DNA from: Camelus dromedarius
Lineage: Eukaryota
Length of the DNA: 64,000 nucleotides
Direction: 5' to 3'
Assembly: GCF_036321535.1 (NCBI RefSeq)
Contig: NC_087436.1
Coordinates: forward strand, 37,450,001-37,514,000
The stretch's first letter is position 1. Each line of letters starts with the position of its first letter. The notes below the pieces were generated by a model. That model searched no databases and had not been told where the DNA came from. It saw only the letters and a list, made by a program, of their open reading frames with translations. The position numbers and the translations under genes are program-made. Positions 1-12,457 of the stretch are shown one piece after another.

Positions 1-1290
1 CAGCAACTTGAAAGAAGTAAGAGAGGGAACCTGGTAGAGATCTGGGAGGAAATATGTCCCTGATTCCTGATGATACTTGGTGTCATCAAGGAAGAGCAAG
101 AAATCACTGTGACTGAAGCAGAGTAATCAGGGAGGCTGGTGGTAGATGAGTTTGGAATAGTGGTCAGGGGCCAGACCCTGCAAGGCCTTGGAGGCCTTTG
201 ATGAGGACTTTGAATTTTGTTTTTAGTATGATGGGAAATGTTAGAGAAATTTGAAGAGGGAAGCGATGTGATTCCACTTAGATTTTAAAAGACCACTTTG
301 ACTGCTGTGCAGAAAGAATAGACTATGGAAAATCAGAGGCAGGGAGACCAGTTAAGTAGGTGTGCAGAGTCTAGACATGAGACGATGGTGGCTTCAACTG
401 GCCTGGAAGCTGTGAAGATGGTGGAAGATTGTTGGATTTGGGAGATATTTGAAAGTAGAGCCCACAGAGGAGTTATGTAGTAGGTTGAATGGTGGCCCCT
501 AAAAAGGGTATGTCTACATCCTAACCCCCGGAACCTGTGACTATGACCTTATTTGGAAAAAGGATATTGGAAGATGTAATTAAGTCAAGGATCTCTAGAT
601 GAGATACTTCTCGATTACTGGGGTATACCCTAAATTTAATGGCAAGTATCCTTATAAGAGCCAGAAGGGGAGAAGACACAGACACAGGAAAAAAGGGGAG
701 AAGGCCATGAAGATGGAGGCAGAGGGCAGCCCTGCAAACAACTCGATTTCAGACATCTGGCTTCTAGACCTGTGAGAAAATTTATTTCTGTTATTTTAAG
801 CCACTAAATTTGTGGTAATTTGGTACAGCAGCCCTAGGAAACAGGCTGATAAATTGGATACAGAATATGAGTCTATAGCTTAGGAAGAGGCCAGGGTTAG
901 AGATGTACATTTGGTACTTGTCTGTATATTATTACTTTGAAAGCCATGGCTCTGAAATCAATCAGCAGGAACTAGTGTAGATAAAGGAGAGAAAGGAGCT
1001 GATGCCTATCCCTGGAGTACTCCACATGGAGAGGTCAAGAAAAAAAGAAGCAATCATGAAAGTGTGGTAGAAAAAGCCGTAAGTTATATGGATGTAGAAG
1101 AGGAGACCAGGAAGAGTGGTGTCACTGAAACTACAGGAAGTGTGTCAAGGAGAGAGCAATCAACTTTGAAAAATGCTGCCAAAAGGTTCAGTAAGATGAG
1201 GACCAAGACTCTACCACTGGATTTACTGAGGTAGAGATTGTTTACGATCTTGTCAAAGATGATGTCAGTGGTGAGACAGAAAAACATTTT
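1..1290 (-). mobile_element. Ancient L2 LINE fragment, interrupted by an MLT1 LTR
   Basis: Purine-rich degenerate motifs typical of antisense L2 (gatggtggcttcaact, ttggatttgggagatattttgaaagtagag, taagatgaggaccaag...ccactggattt). Confidence 0.65.
477..843 (+). mobile_element. MaLR solo LTR, MLT1C-like
   Basis: Begins tgtagtaggttgaatggtggcccc...ccccggaacctgtgactatgaccttatttggaaaaagg and ends cagcagccctaggaaac. Confidence 0.8.
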
Positions 1291-1479
1291 AAGAAACTTC
1301 CCAAGGTCACCCTGCTGAAGGCATTGCAGGGCTCAAAGAGACAGAAAAGTTTAAGCATTGTTAAATCTTATACGTTCCACTATGCTTTGTTATACAGCTG
1401 GACAAGGGGTGTTGTCAAGTAGAATTAGGATAAATGCTACTTATCCAGTTTACTGATGTAAAGTAATCACCATCATCAT

Positions 1480-2090
1480 GATCATAGCTATCATTCATTG
1501 AATGTTTACTACATGCTAGGCCCTGTGTTGCATAATATAAAAATACACATGTAATCTTATCCTTCTATCAGCATTGAGAAATAGGCTTTATTCTCATTTT
1601 ACAGATGAAAAAATGAAATCAGCTTTGGGGCTTAATATTTTATCATAGTTAGAACCTCTAACATCAAATGATTCCACACCTAAGGCATGAAGCATTTTAC
1701 ATTACTTCCGGTTAGGGAATTGTACTGTCTTTTGTTGGAGAGATAGAAATACATTCTTTACTTTTCTTCCATTTCTACTTGGGATTTCTAGAACTCTAGA
1801 GCACATAAATTGAAGGCCAAGGTACATCTGAAAATTTTACTGCTCCATTTGGCATGTGACCTAGCTGACAAGATGTCAAAACCCACGTGGAGAAAATAAT
1901 GCTATGGAGTAATTATGTACCAGACATTGTGCTAGATATTTTACATGCATGAATTAATACAACCAATGCTCAATGAGGCTAAGTGTTGAAGTGACTTAGC
2001 CAAGGACCTGTATCTAATAAGAGGCACGACTAAGATTTCAATCCAAGTTGGTCTAGTTTTAAAATCCATTTCCTTTACCACAAACTGCTT
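1480..2090 (-). mobile_element. Two MIR SINE remnants (about 1480-1620 and 1900-2090)
   Basis: Motifs cattcattgaatgtttactacatgctagg, cattttacagatgaaaaaatga and aagtgacttagccaagg. Confidence 0.6.
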
Positions 2091-2647
2091 ACATACCCTA
2101 CACATTGGGATACTGGTTGTTATCATGAGAAGAGAATACTAAGCTGGGAGGAAACCGATAATGTATCTGGTCTTATCATACCTTTCTAGCTTTTGTTTAT
2201 GTTCCTTTATAAGTACCCTGTGTTTTAGATAAATAGCTTACATTTTCCTATTAAGGATTTGCTCACCATAATTTACTTTGCTTTACTTCTGTTTATCTTT
2301 GGTAAAACCAGTTCAAATGCTAACTCCTACATGTAGTCTTCCTTGATCTCTCTCAGAGCTGCCCTCCCTTTATAATCTGTAGCTCTTGTACAGAAAGTAT
2401 CCCTAAATGCCTTGTACTGAGATTATATGTTTGTATTTTTTCTCTTGTTCTATTCTATAGCATTCTTTAGAGGCAAAGGCTATCTTCATTTCTGCATATT
2501 TTAACAGTGTCTTTAATGATAATTTATAGACTTCATTATTTTGAAAAAACTGTTTCATAAGTTATGATTAAATGCAATCATGCCTGAACAGACACCTTTC
2601 TTATGGGGTTAACCATAGGTTCAGCTTTTTCAAAAACAGATTATACC

Positions 2648-2795
2648 AGTGACTCCCTAATTTTAATATGCACAGGAATCCACTATGGATCTTATTAAAA
2701 TGAAGATTATGATTCTGTAGGACTTGAGATTCTGTATTTCTAACAAGCTCCCAGATGATGTTAACACTGCTGACTCACAAACCACTTTGAGTAAT
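2648..2795. mobile_element. MER5A-like hAT-Charlie DNA transposon relic
   Basis: Motif gagattctgtatttctaacaagctcccagatgatg...accactttgagta. Confidence 0.7.
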
Positions 2796-5404
2796 GAGAG
2801 ATTTTAATCCTAATGAAACACTATAAATCTTTGTCAACAAGTAAGGATGTTGTAGCCACCTGACTAGATAATACCCTACTTTCCAGACAGGCTAACCAAA
2901 TTCCCTTTTGTTCCCAAGGCAACACATACTCCAAATCTATACCTAGGCAAGGGAAAAAGAATGAGTTATCTTTAACCCACTGAGTAGATGTTTAATCGTT
3001 ACCTGGGGGACATTAATAAGGAAGATATTCTTTCTCCACTGATTTAGCACCACTTAATTTCTATGTGCACTGTATTTTCATCTTTGGAATAAGAACAATT
3101 ACTTCCTATTTGAAACTGGGAAATTCTTAAAATCTTGGATTTAGGTTAAAATCTTATGAGTAAAAAGGATTTGAAATTTTAAAATTTATACAGTGTTCAG
3201 ATACAGATATTAGTCATCTTAGCAGAAGTCACCAAAGGCATCTTGGGTCCTCCAGCCCAAACTGCACTTGCATAAGTGAACCCAGGGGACAACACATGAA
3301 GCACAGACAAGCTGTCCCAGTTGAGTTCTTCCCTTCCCAGATAACCCACAAAATCTTAAGCCAATATTATTTTTAAACATCAAGTTTTGAAATGATTATT
3401 ATGCAGCCATGGATAACCATTACAGGAGGGTACTGTTCCTTCCCTGGAAGACAGAGGTAGCCATGAATGTTTGCTAGTGAGGAAAAAAAAAGAAGGTGAG
3501 AAAAGATAAAATATCCTACTAAAATAATATACAATAAAGGATGTACAAACAAGGAAAAATACAAAATAGCAACAGCAACAACAAAAAATATTTATTTAAA
3601 AGACTGTACTCACTGTAGCAAAATTAGAGAACATTCATAAAGTAAGGAATTGAGTTAGTCACCCAAACTCCCCTCCTGCTATTATTGCTGCTTCAGGAAA
3701 ATGCAACACAAATAAATACGAACAGAAAAAACAAGACATTCAACACCTACTAAAATTCTGATAATTATACAGCAGAAAATTATTATTGAGACATTTTGGT
3801 GCATGATAACCTAAAAGGAAACATGAGGCACAGAAAGTGTAACAAAATTTTGCAAAATAAATTTAATATCACTGAACACATAACCGCTGATATTAGAGAA
3901 TGGCATAAATTTTAAGTTCAAAGTCTGAAAACAGAAATGGAAAACCAGAGGAAGATATGAATGTATTCAACCAAACTAGGGACAAAAACTGAAGTGAAAG
4001 ACAAAAAAATCTCAAGAATGGACACTGAATTACAAGTACCCAAGGAAGAATAGATATGCCCCCCAAAAAGGGCAAAAGACAGAGGATGGGAAGGAAAACA
4101 AGAATTAAAAACTTAAACTATAATAAAGGTATGTGATATTATATTCAAAATATTGAGAAAAAAGTCAACTAAGAACACTATGCCCAGCAAAGCTATTCTT
4201 CATAAATGATAAAGGCTTACCCAAACAAACAAAAAAGCTAAAGGAGTTCAGCACTACTAGTCCTGACTTAAAAGACATCCTAAAGGGAGTTCTTTGAATG
4301 GAAATAAAAGGATGCTAATTCACTTTGTAAACACATATAAAAGTAGTGTAAAATTTACCAGTAATTGTAAAGATATAGTCAAAGTTAGATTCTCTAATAT
4401 GGTAATGATGATGTATTTCACTTACAACTCTAGTTAAAAAGTTAAAAAATTATTGAAAAGTATGATAACTAAAATAATCTGTTATTAGGTACACCATATA
4501 AAATATATGTAAACAATAATATCAACAACCTAAAATGTAAGGGGAGAAGTGTAAAGGTTAGTAATGCTATCAAAGTTAAGTTGTTAACTTTGTCTAAAAT
4601 AGGCTATTATAATTTTAAAATATTTTACATAAGCCTCAAGATAAGAAGAAATAATGGATCTCCAAAAAGAAAAAAAAGGAAAACAATGAACAAAATGACA
4701 ATAGTACACCCTTACCTGTCAATAATTATTTTAAACATAAATGGATAAATTCTCCAATAAAAAGACACAGAACAGCTGAATGGCTAAAAACAAAACAAAA
4801 CAAAAAACCAAGATCCAATGATTATCTACAAAAGACTCACTTTAGCTTTAAAGGCACACAAAGACAAATTACAGGAATGGAAGAAGATATTTGGTAATTC
4901 AAAAAACAAATAAACAAAAAGCAAGAGTAGCTATAATCATATCAGACAAAATAGACCCTAAACTAAAAATCGTAAGAGACAAAGTCATTAAATAATAATA
5001 AAGGGGTCCATCAAAAATATATAACAATCATAAATATTCACCCAACATGAGAGCAACCAAATATATAAAACAAATGGTAAAAGAACTAAAAGGAGAAATA
5101 AACAGCAATACAATAATAGTTGGGGACTTTAATATTCCCATTCTCAACAATGGCTAGATTTTCCAGAAAGAGAATCAGTTAGGAAACATCAGATTTGAAC
5201 AACTACAGACAAATGAACCTAATAAACACATACAGAAAATTCTGTCCAGCAACAGAATATACATTCTTTTCAAGCACATGGAACGTTTTCTAGAATAGAC
5301 CATATGTTAGGCCACAAACAAGTCTTGGCAAATTCAAGAAGACTGAAATCATACCAAATATGTTCTCTGACCATAATGTCATGAAATCAATAACAAGAGA
5401 AGGA

Positions 5405-8400
5405 GGGAGAGCAAGACATGGTGGAGTAGAAGACATGGAGCTCACCTCCCACCATCAAAATACACATCAAAAATACATCTACATGTGGAACAATTCTCAT
5501 GGGAAACTGGAAACTTGCAGAAGAACTCATACAACTAAAGCTGCAAGAAAGATCTCAATGTAACTGGGTAGGATGGAAATAAAAGGCATCGGGTTGGGAC
5601 CTCAGCCTCTAGGAGGAATCTATACGGAAAAGAAGGTCTATACAGCTGGATCTTACCCTGGAGAAAGACCAAGTCAAGCAACAATCTGGGCATCCCAGTC
5701 CTGGGGTTCTGTGTGGAGAAGACAAGACCCCTTGCTTGCTGGAAATCCGCTGGGACAGACAGAAGGGCTGGAGAAACCTAGACTCCACTTTCAAGGAGCA
5801 TGCTTATGTTGGCTTGCCAACAATAAAGGCAGAGGGAACCTTACACTGGCAGCTGCTGCCTCACTGCATTCCTCAAACCTAATGCATGAACACCTGAGAA
5901 GATGTTCTGATCTGGGAAGAGACTTATTCTAGCTGCATAGAGACATACTGGAGTGCCTGGGGTGTGATCCAGGTGGGGAGAATGTGGCCATTGTCAGCAT
6001 GTGCATGAGGTTCTGCAACAAAAGCAGGACGGGACTATGCACTGAATTTCGGGCAGACAGGCGCTGCGACAGGACTCTATCTAGCTACAGAGAGATAGCC
6101 TGGAGGGCCTGGGGCATGGTCCAGGTAGCGTGACTGTGGCCACTGAAAGCATGCTAAGAAGTATGCAGCAGTCCATCTCCCAGTGAGAGCAGCCCAGCTC
6201 AACCCACTCCACACTGCAACTTAGCACTAGATTTGGGCAGACGAGTCCCGGGATAGGCCTGCTAGAGAGGTAGCCCAAATTTCAGGTTGCCATACAGCCA
6301 CCTAATTTCCTGTGCCACAACTCCCTGACTCTCAGCCCTGGCCAACTCCACAGCACAGATTTGCACTAGATCTGGGACAAACACAACAGAAAAAGGGATG
6401 CAATCTTGGGTTGCCTCTGAGTGGAACTGCAGACACCTATATAGGTGGAGCATAGGTCCTCTGTAACCGCACAATCCTCATCTGTTTTAGCAGTCAACTC
6501 ATTTGGGAAAGAGCACACACTCAAGGACAATGATGACTGAAAGAACTTGACCCTCAGAGCTTCTGTTCCAAAAGCTGGGGAGCAGATCCCATCTTTGACA
6601 AGGCAGTGACAGTCATGGAACAGAGAAAGCCCTGCATTACAACCTGAATAGACTCTAAATGCCCCTGCATCAACCATACCCTATCAAGGTATAATGTCCA
6701 GCACATCCTGAGGAAATGTGTGCCCAGAGTCCATACCCAAAACAGCCTTGCACCAAAGACTTTGGACACATACAAGCTACACACAGATGCTCCCACATAA
6801 AAACACCCCTTCAAGACCACAGTAGATAACAGTTTCTCCTAAATTCACAGAGGCAGAGAAAGTTAAATAAAATAAAAATGCAGAAGAAATATTACCAATT
6901 AAAAGAAATTCCCTGAAAGAACAAATCCCCTGAAAGAACAAATAATAAAACAGAGCTCACCAGTCTACTAGACTGCAAGTTCAAAAGGTGGTAATAAAAA
7001 TTCTAACTGAATAAAGAAAGATTATCAATAGAAATGCAGATCACTGTAACAGTGAACTAGAACCCATACAGATGAACCAGTCAAAAAAAAACAATTCAAT
7101 TGCTGAAATAAAAATTAATCTAGAAGCAATGAATAGCAGATTAAATGACACAGAAGAATGAGTAATTGATTTGGAGATAGAACAATGGAAATCACCAATC
7201 AGAACAGCAGACAGAAAGACAAATTGAAAATGAAAGCAACATGAGACATATAGGATAATATAAAACATGCCAAACTATGCATAATGAGGGTTCCAGAAGG
7301 AGAAGAGAGAGAGATTTTAAAAATGTATTTGAAGAAATTATGGCTGAAACTTCCCAAATTTAAGAAGGAAGCAGATAGCCAGCTACAGAAAGCACAGAGG
7401 GTCCCAAACAAGATGAACCCAAACAGACCCACACCAAGACATATCGTAATTAAAATGGCAAAAATGAAAGATAAAGACAAGATTCTACAGGTGGCAAGAG
7501 AAAAACAAAGAGTTAAAAAGGAACCCCCATAAGGCTATCAGCTGATTCTCTGCAGAAACTTTACAGGCCAGAAGGGAGTAGCATAGTAATATTCAAAGTC
7601 CTGAAGGGGAAGAACCTGCAACTGAGGATATTCCATCCAGGAAGATAACCATTTAGAATAGAAGGAAAAATAAAGAATTTCTCAGACAAACAAAAACTAA
7701 AAGAACTCAGCAACACTAGACCTATTCAAAAGGAAATAGTAAAGCATCTTCTCTACATAGTAAAGAAGCAAGAAGCTATAGGAAAGGGGAAAATCACAAT
7801 AGGAAAGGCAACTATATAAAAGGATCAACGGTAACTTAAGCCAGGATGTAGATTAAAAAACAATAAAAAATTTTGTAAAAGTAATTATAAGTACAACAAC
7901 AGTAAAAGGATAAGCATGAAGATGTAAAGTAGAATACCAAAATCACAAAATGTAGAGAAGGGGAGTAAAAAAGTTTAGATATTTTAGAATGTTTGAATTT
8001 GAATGACTATCAGTTTAAAGCAAGTAGATACAGATATGGGTCAACATACTTGAACTCCATGGTATGTACAAACTAAAAATATGCAATAGTTCACAAAAAC
8101 CAAAAACAAACCAAAAAAAAAAAAAAAAAGAGAGAGAGAGCTCAAGCATACTGCAAAGGAAAATCATTAAACCACAAAAGGAAAATCAAAAAGAAATGAA
8201 AAAGAAGTACCAAAAAATTAGAAAACAAGTAATAAAATGGCAATAAATACATGTGTATCAAAAATTACTTTAAATATCAATGGACTAAATGCTCTGATCA
8301 AAAGATAAAATGGATGTTTGGATAAAAAAAAACAAGAACTTCAATAAGCTGCATACAAGAGACTCTCACTTTAGGGAAAAAGACACTCAGACTGAAAGTG

Positions 8401-11400
8401 AGGGGTTGGAAAAAGCTATTTCATGAAAATGGAAATGACCAGAAACCAGGGGTAGCAGTACTCCTATCAGACAAAACAGATTTTAAAAGAAAGTCCATAA
8501 AGGAAGACAAAGAACGGTTAATAATAATACAATAAATAAAGGGATAAATGTAAGAAGAGAATATTACACTTGTTAACATATACACACTCAATATAGGAGC
8601 ACCTAAATATACAAAACAAGTACTAGCAGCCATAAAAGGAAAAATGGAAAATAATACAATAATAGTAGAAGACTTTAACACCCCTCTGACATCAATGGAC
8701 AGATCATCCAGAAAGAAAATCAATAAGGCAACAGTGGTATTAAATGACACAACAGACTAAATGGACTTAATTGATAGCTACAGGATACTACATCAAGGAC
8801 AAACAATAAAAAAAACTCACAATGCACATACTTTTCAAGGGTGTATGGAACATTCTCTAGGATAGACCGCATACTATGTCACAAAACAAGCCACAACAAT
8901 TTCTAAAGGATAGAAATTATTTCAAGCATCTTTTCTGACCACAACAGTATGAAATTAGAAATCAACCACAAAATGAAAAAACAGGAGCAGAATAAACACA
9001 TGGAGACTAAACAACACGTTACTAAAAAACCATTGGTCAATGATAAAATCAAAGAAGAAATCAGAAAATACCTTGAGATAAATGGCAATGAAGACACAAC
9101 CTTACAAAATTCTATGAGATACAGCAAAAGCTGTTCTAAGAGGGAAGTTCATAGTGATACAGACCTTCTTCAAGAAACAAGAAAAATCTCAAATAAACAA
9201 CCTAAACTACCATCTAAAAAATTAGACAAAGAAGAATAAGCAAATCCCAAAGTCAGCAGAAGGATGGAAATATTAAAATTCAGAGAGGAAATAATGATCA
9301 AAAAAACAAAAAAAAACCTCTAGAGAAAAATGAGTAAGACCAAGAGATGGTTTTTTTTTTTTTTTTGAAAAGATAAACAAAACTGACAATCCTTTAGCCA
9401 GGCTCACCAAGAATAAAATAAAGAGGGCCCAAATAAACAAAATAAGAAATGAAAGAGGATAAATAACAACTGATACCACAGAAATACAAGAAATTCATAA
9501 GAAAATACTATGAATAGTTAGATGCCAACACACTGGACAACCAGAAGAAATGGACATGTTTTCAGAAACAGAGTCTGCCAATACTGAGTCTAGAAGAAAC
9601 AGATGATTTGAACAGACCAATCACTATAAGTAAAATAGAATCTGTAATAAAACTACCTGCAAACAAAGTCCAGGACTGAATGGCTTCACTGGGGAATCCA
9701 ACAAATATATAAAAAAGAACTTATACCTGTCCTTCTCAAACTTTTCCAGAAAATTGAAGATGATGAAACATTCTTAGATCTAGTCTACGAGGTCACCATC
9801 ACCCTAATACCAAAATGAGACACTAGAGAAACAGAAAATTAGATGCCAATATCTTTGATGAATATAGATCTCAAAATCCTTAACACACGACTAGACTGAA
9901 TCCAATGGTACATAAAAAGAATCATACAGCATAATCACGTTGGACTCATTCCACGGTTACTAGGATGAGGCAATGTGTGCAAACCAATATATGTGATATA
10001 CCACATTAACAACAGGAAAGATAAAACCAAATTATTTTAATAGATGCAAAAAAAAAAGCATTTGACAAAATTCAACATCCATGTATAAAAACTCTTACCA
10101 AAGGGGGAATATAGGGACCATATCTCAACATAATAAAGTCAATTTACAACAAACCTGCAGCTAACATCAGACTCAACAATGAAAACCTGAAAGCCTTCTG
10201 ACTAAATTCAGGAACAAGGCAAGTCACTTCTACTCAACATAGTTTTGGAAGTCTTAGCCACAGCAGTCAGACAAGAAAAAGAAATAAAATATATCCAAAT
10301 TGGAAGGGAAGAGGTAAAACTGTCACTGTATGCATAAGACATGATATTCTATATAGTGAACCCTAAAGTCTCTACACAAACCTATTAGAACAAATAAATG
10401 AATTTAGCAAGGTAGTAGGATACAATATTAATATACAGATCTTTGTTGCATTTCTTTACACTAATAATGAAATATCAGAAAGTAAAAAAAAAAAAAATCC
10501 CATTTAAAATTGAATCAAAAAATAAAATGCCTAGGAATAAACATCCTTGGAGGTGAAAGACCTATATGCTGAAAACTATAAAATGATAATAAATTGAAGA
10601 TGATTCAAATAAATGGAAACATATCTTGTGCTCTTGGATTGTAAGAGCTAATACAGTTAAAATGATCATACTACCCAAAGCTATCCACAGATTTAATGCA
10701 ATACCTATCACAATACCCATGAAATTTTGCACAGAATTAGAATAATCTTAAAATTGATATGGAACAACAAAAGGCCCCAAATTGGAAAGCAATTCTGAGG
10801 AAAAAGAACAAAGCTGGAAGTACAATTCTTTCAGAGTTCAGACCATACTACAAAACTACAGTAATCAAAACAGTGGTAGTATGTTGCACAAAACAGACAT
10901 ATATATCTAAACAATAGAATAGAAGGGAATGGGTATAGTTCAGTGGCAGAGCACATGCTTAGCATGCAAAAGGTCCTGGATTCAATCCCCAGTATCTCCA
11001 ATGAAAAAAAAAACAAAACAGAATAGAGGGTCCGGAAATAAACCTATGCACCTACAGTGAAGTAAACCATGACAACATAGGCAAGAATATACAATGGAGA
11101 AAAGACAGTCTCTTTAACAAGTGGTATAGGGAAAGCTGGACAGCTGTATGTAATTCAATGAAATGAGAACACTCCCTCACATCATATACAAAAGTAAACT
11201 CAAAATGGTTTAAAGACCTAAATATTAAGACATGACACCATAAAACTCCTAGAAGAGAGCTTAGGAAAAATATTCTCTGGCATAAATCTTAGCAATGTTT
11301 TCCTAGATCAGTCTCCCTAGGCACAATAAATAAAAGCAAAAATAAACAAATGGGACCAATCAAATTTACAAGCTTTTGCACAGCAATGGCAACTATAAAC

Positions 11401-12457
11401 AAAATGAAAAAAAAACTATGGAATGGGAGAAAATATTTATAAATGATGCAACCAACAAGCGGTTAGTATTTGAAATACACAAACAGCTCATACAACTCAA
11501 TGTTGAAAAAAACAAACAACCCAAGTAAAAAATGAGCAGAGGATCTAAATAGACTTTTGCAAAATAAGACATGCAGATGGCCAACAAGCACATGAGAAAG
11601 ATACTCAACATTGCTAAGTATTAGAGAAATGCAAATTGAAACCACAATGAGGTATCACCTTACACTGATCAGAATGGCTATCATCAAAAAGTCTACATAA
11701 ACACTGGAGAGGGTATGGTAAAAAGGGAACCCTTGTACACTGTTGGTAGAAATGTAATTTGGTGCAGCCACTGTGGAAAGCAGTTTGGAGGTTTCTTAAA
11801 AAATAAAAATAGAGCTACCATATGATCCAATAGTCCCACTCCTGGATATATACATCAGGAAAAAATTAAAACTCTAATTTGAAAAGCTATATGCACCTCA
11901 ATACTCATAGCAGCGCTATTTATAATAGCCAAGACATGGAATCAACCCAAGGGCCCATCAACAAATGAATGGATAAAAAAGATGTGGTGTGTATATATAT
12001 ATACGATGGAATACTACTTAGCTATTAAAAAGAATGAAATATTGCCATTTGCAGCAACATGGATGGAACTAGAGATTATCATACTAAGTGAAGTAAGTCA
12101 GACAGAGAAAGACAAATATTATATGATACCATTTATAAGTGGAATCTAAAAACTAATACAAATAAATCTATATACAAAACATAAATAGCCATAGAAACAT
12201 ACACAGACATAGAAAACAAACTCAGTTACCAAAGGGGAGAAAGAAGGGAGGAGAGGTAAATTAGGAGTATGGGATTAACAAATACAAACTACTATATACA
12301 AAATAGATAAGCAACAAGGATTTCCTGTATAGCACAGGGAATTACGTTATTTTGTAATTAACTATAATGGAATATAATCAGAAAAATTAACTATATCACT
12401 ATGCTGTACATCTGAAACTAATACAATATCATAAATCAACTATACTTCAATTAAAAA
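5405..12457 (+). mobile_element. L1-B: full-length, decayed LINE-1 nested in L1-A
   Basis: 5' end caagacatggtggagtagaagacatggagctcacc, about 1.5 kb 5' UTR, ORF1 fragments (7284-7532 NPNRPTPRHIVIKM), ORF2 ATG at 8237, and 3' UTR ending tatacttcaattaaaaa. Many frameshifts and stops. Confidence 0.92.
10925..11016 (+). mobile_element. tRNA-derived SINE (camelid vic-1-like) inserted in L1-B ORF2
   Basis: Sequence gggaatgggtatagttcagtggcagagcacatgcttagcatgcaaaaggtcctggattcaatccccagtatctcca with A-box and B-box, an A-rich tail, and TSD aa(t/c)agaataga at 10913-10923 and 11017-11027. Confidence 0.88.

Noticed and set aside
6908..6943. Short tandem duplications (also 17078-17110 and 20204-20226)
   Set aside because: Ordinary slippage duplications in dead elements.
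10925..11000. Functional tRNA gene
   Set aside because: Mismatched stems, an A-rich tail, a TSD and its location inside L1 ORF2 indicate a SINE.
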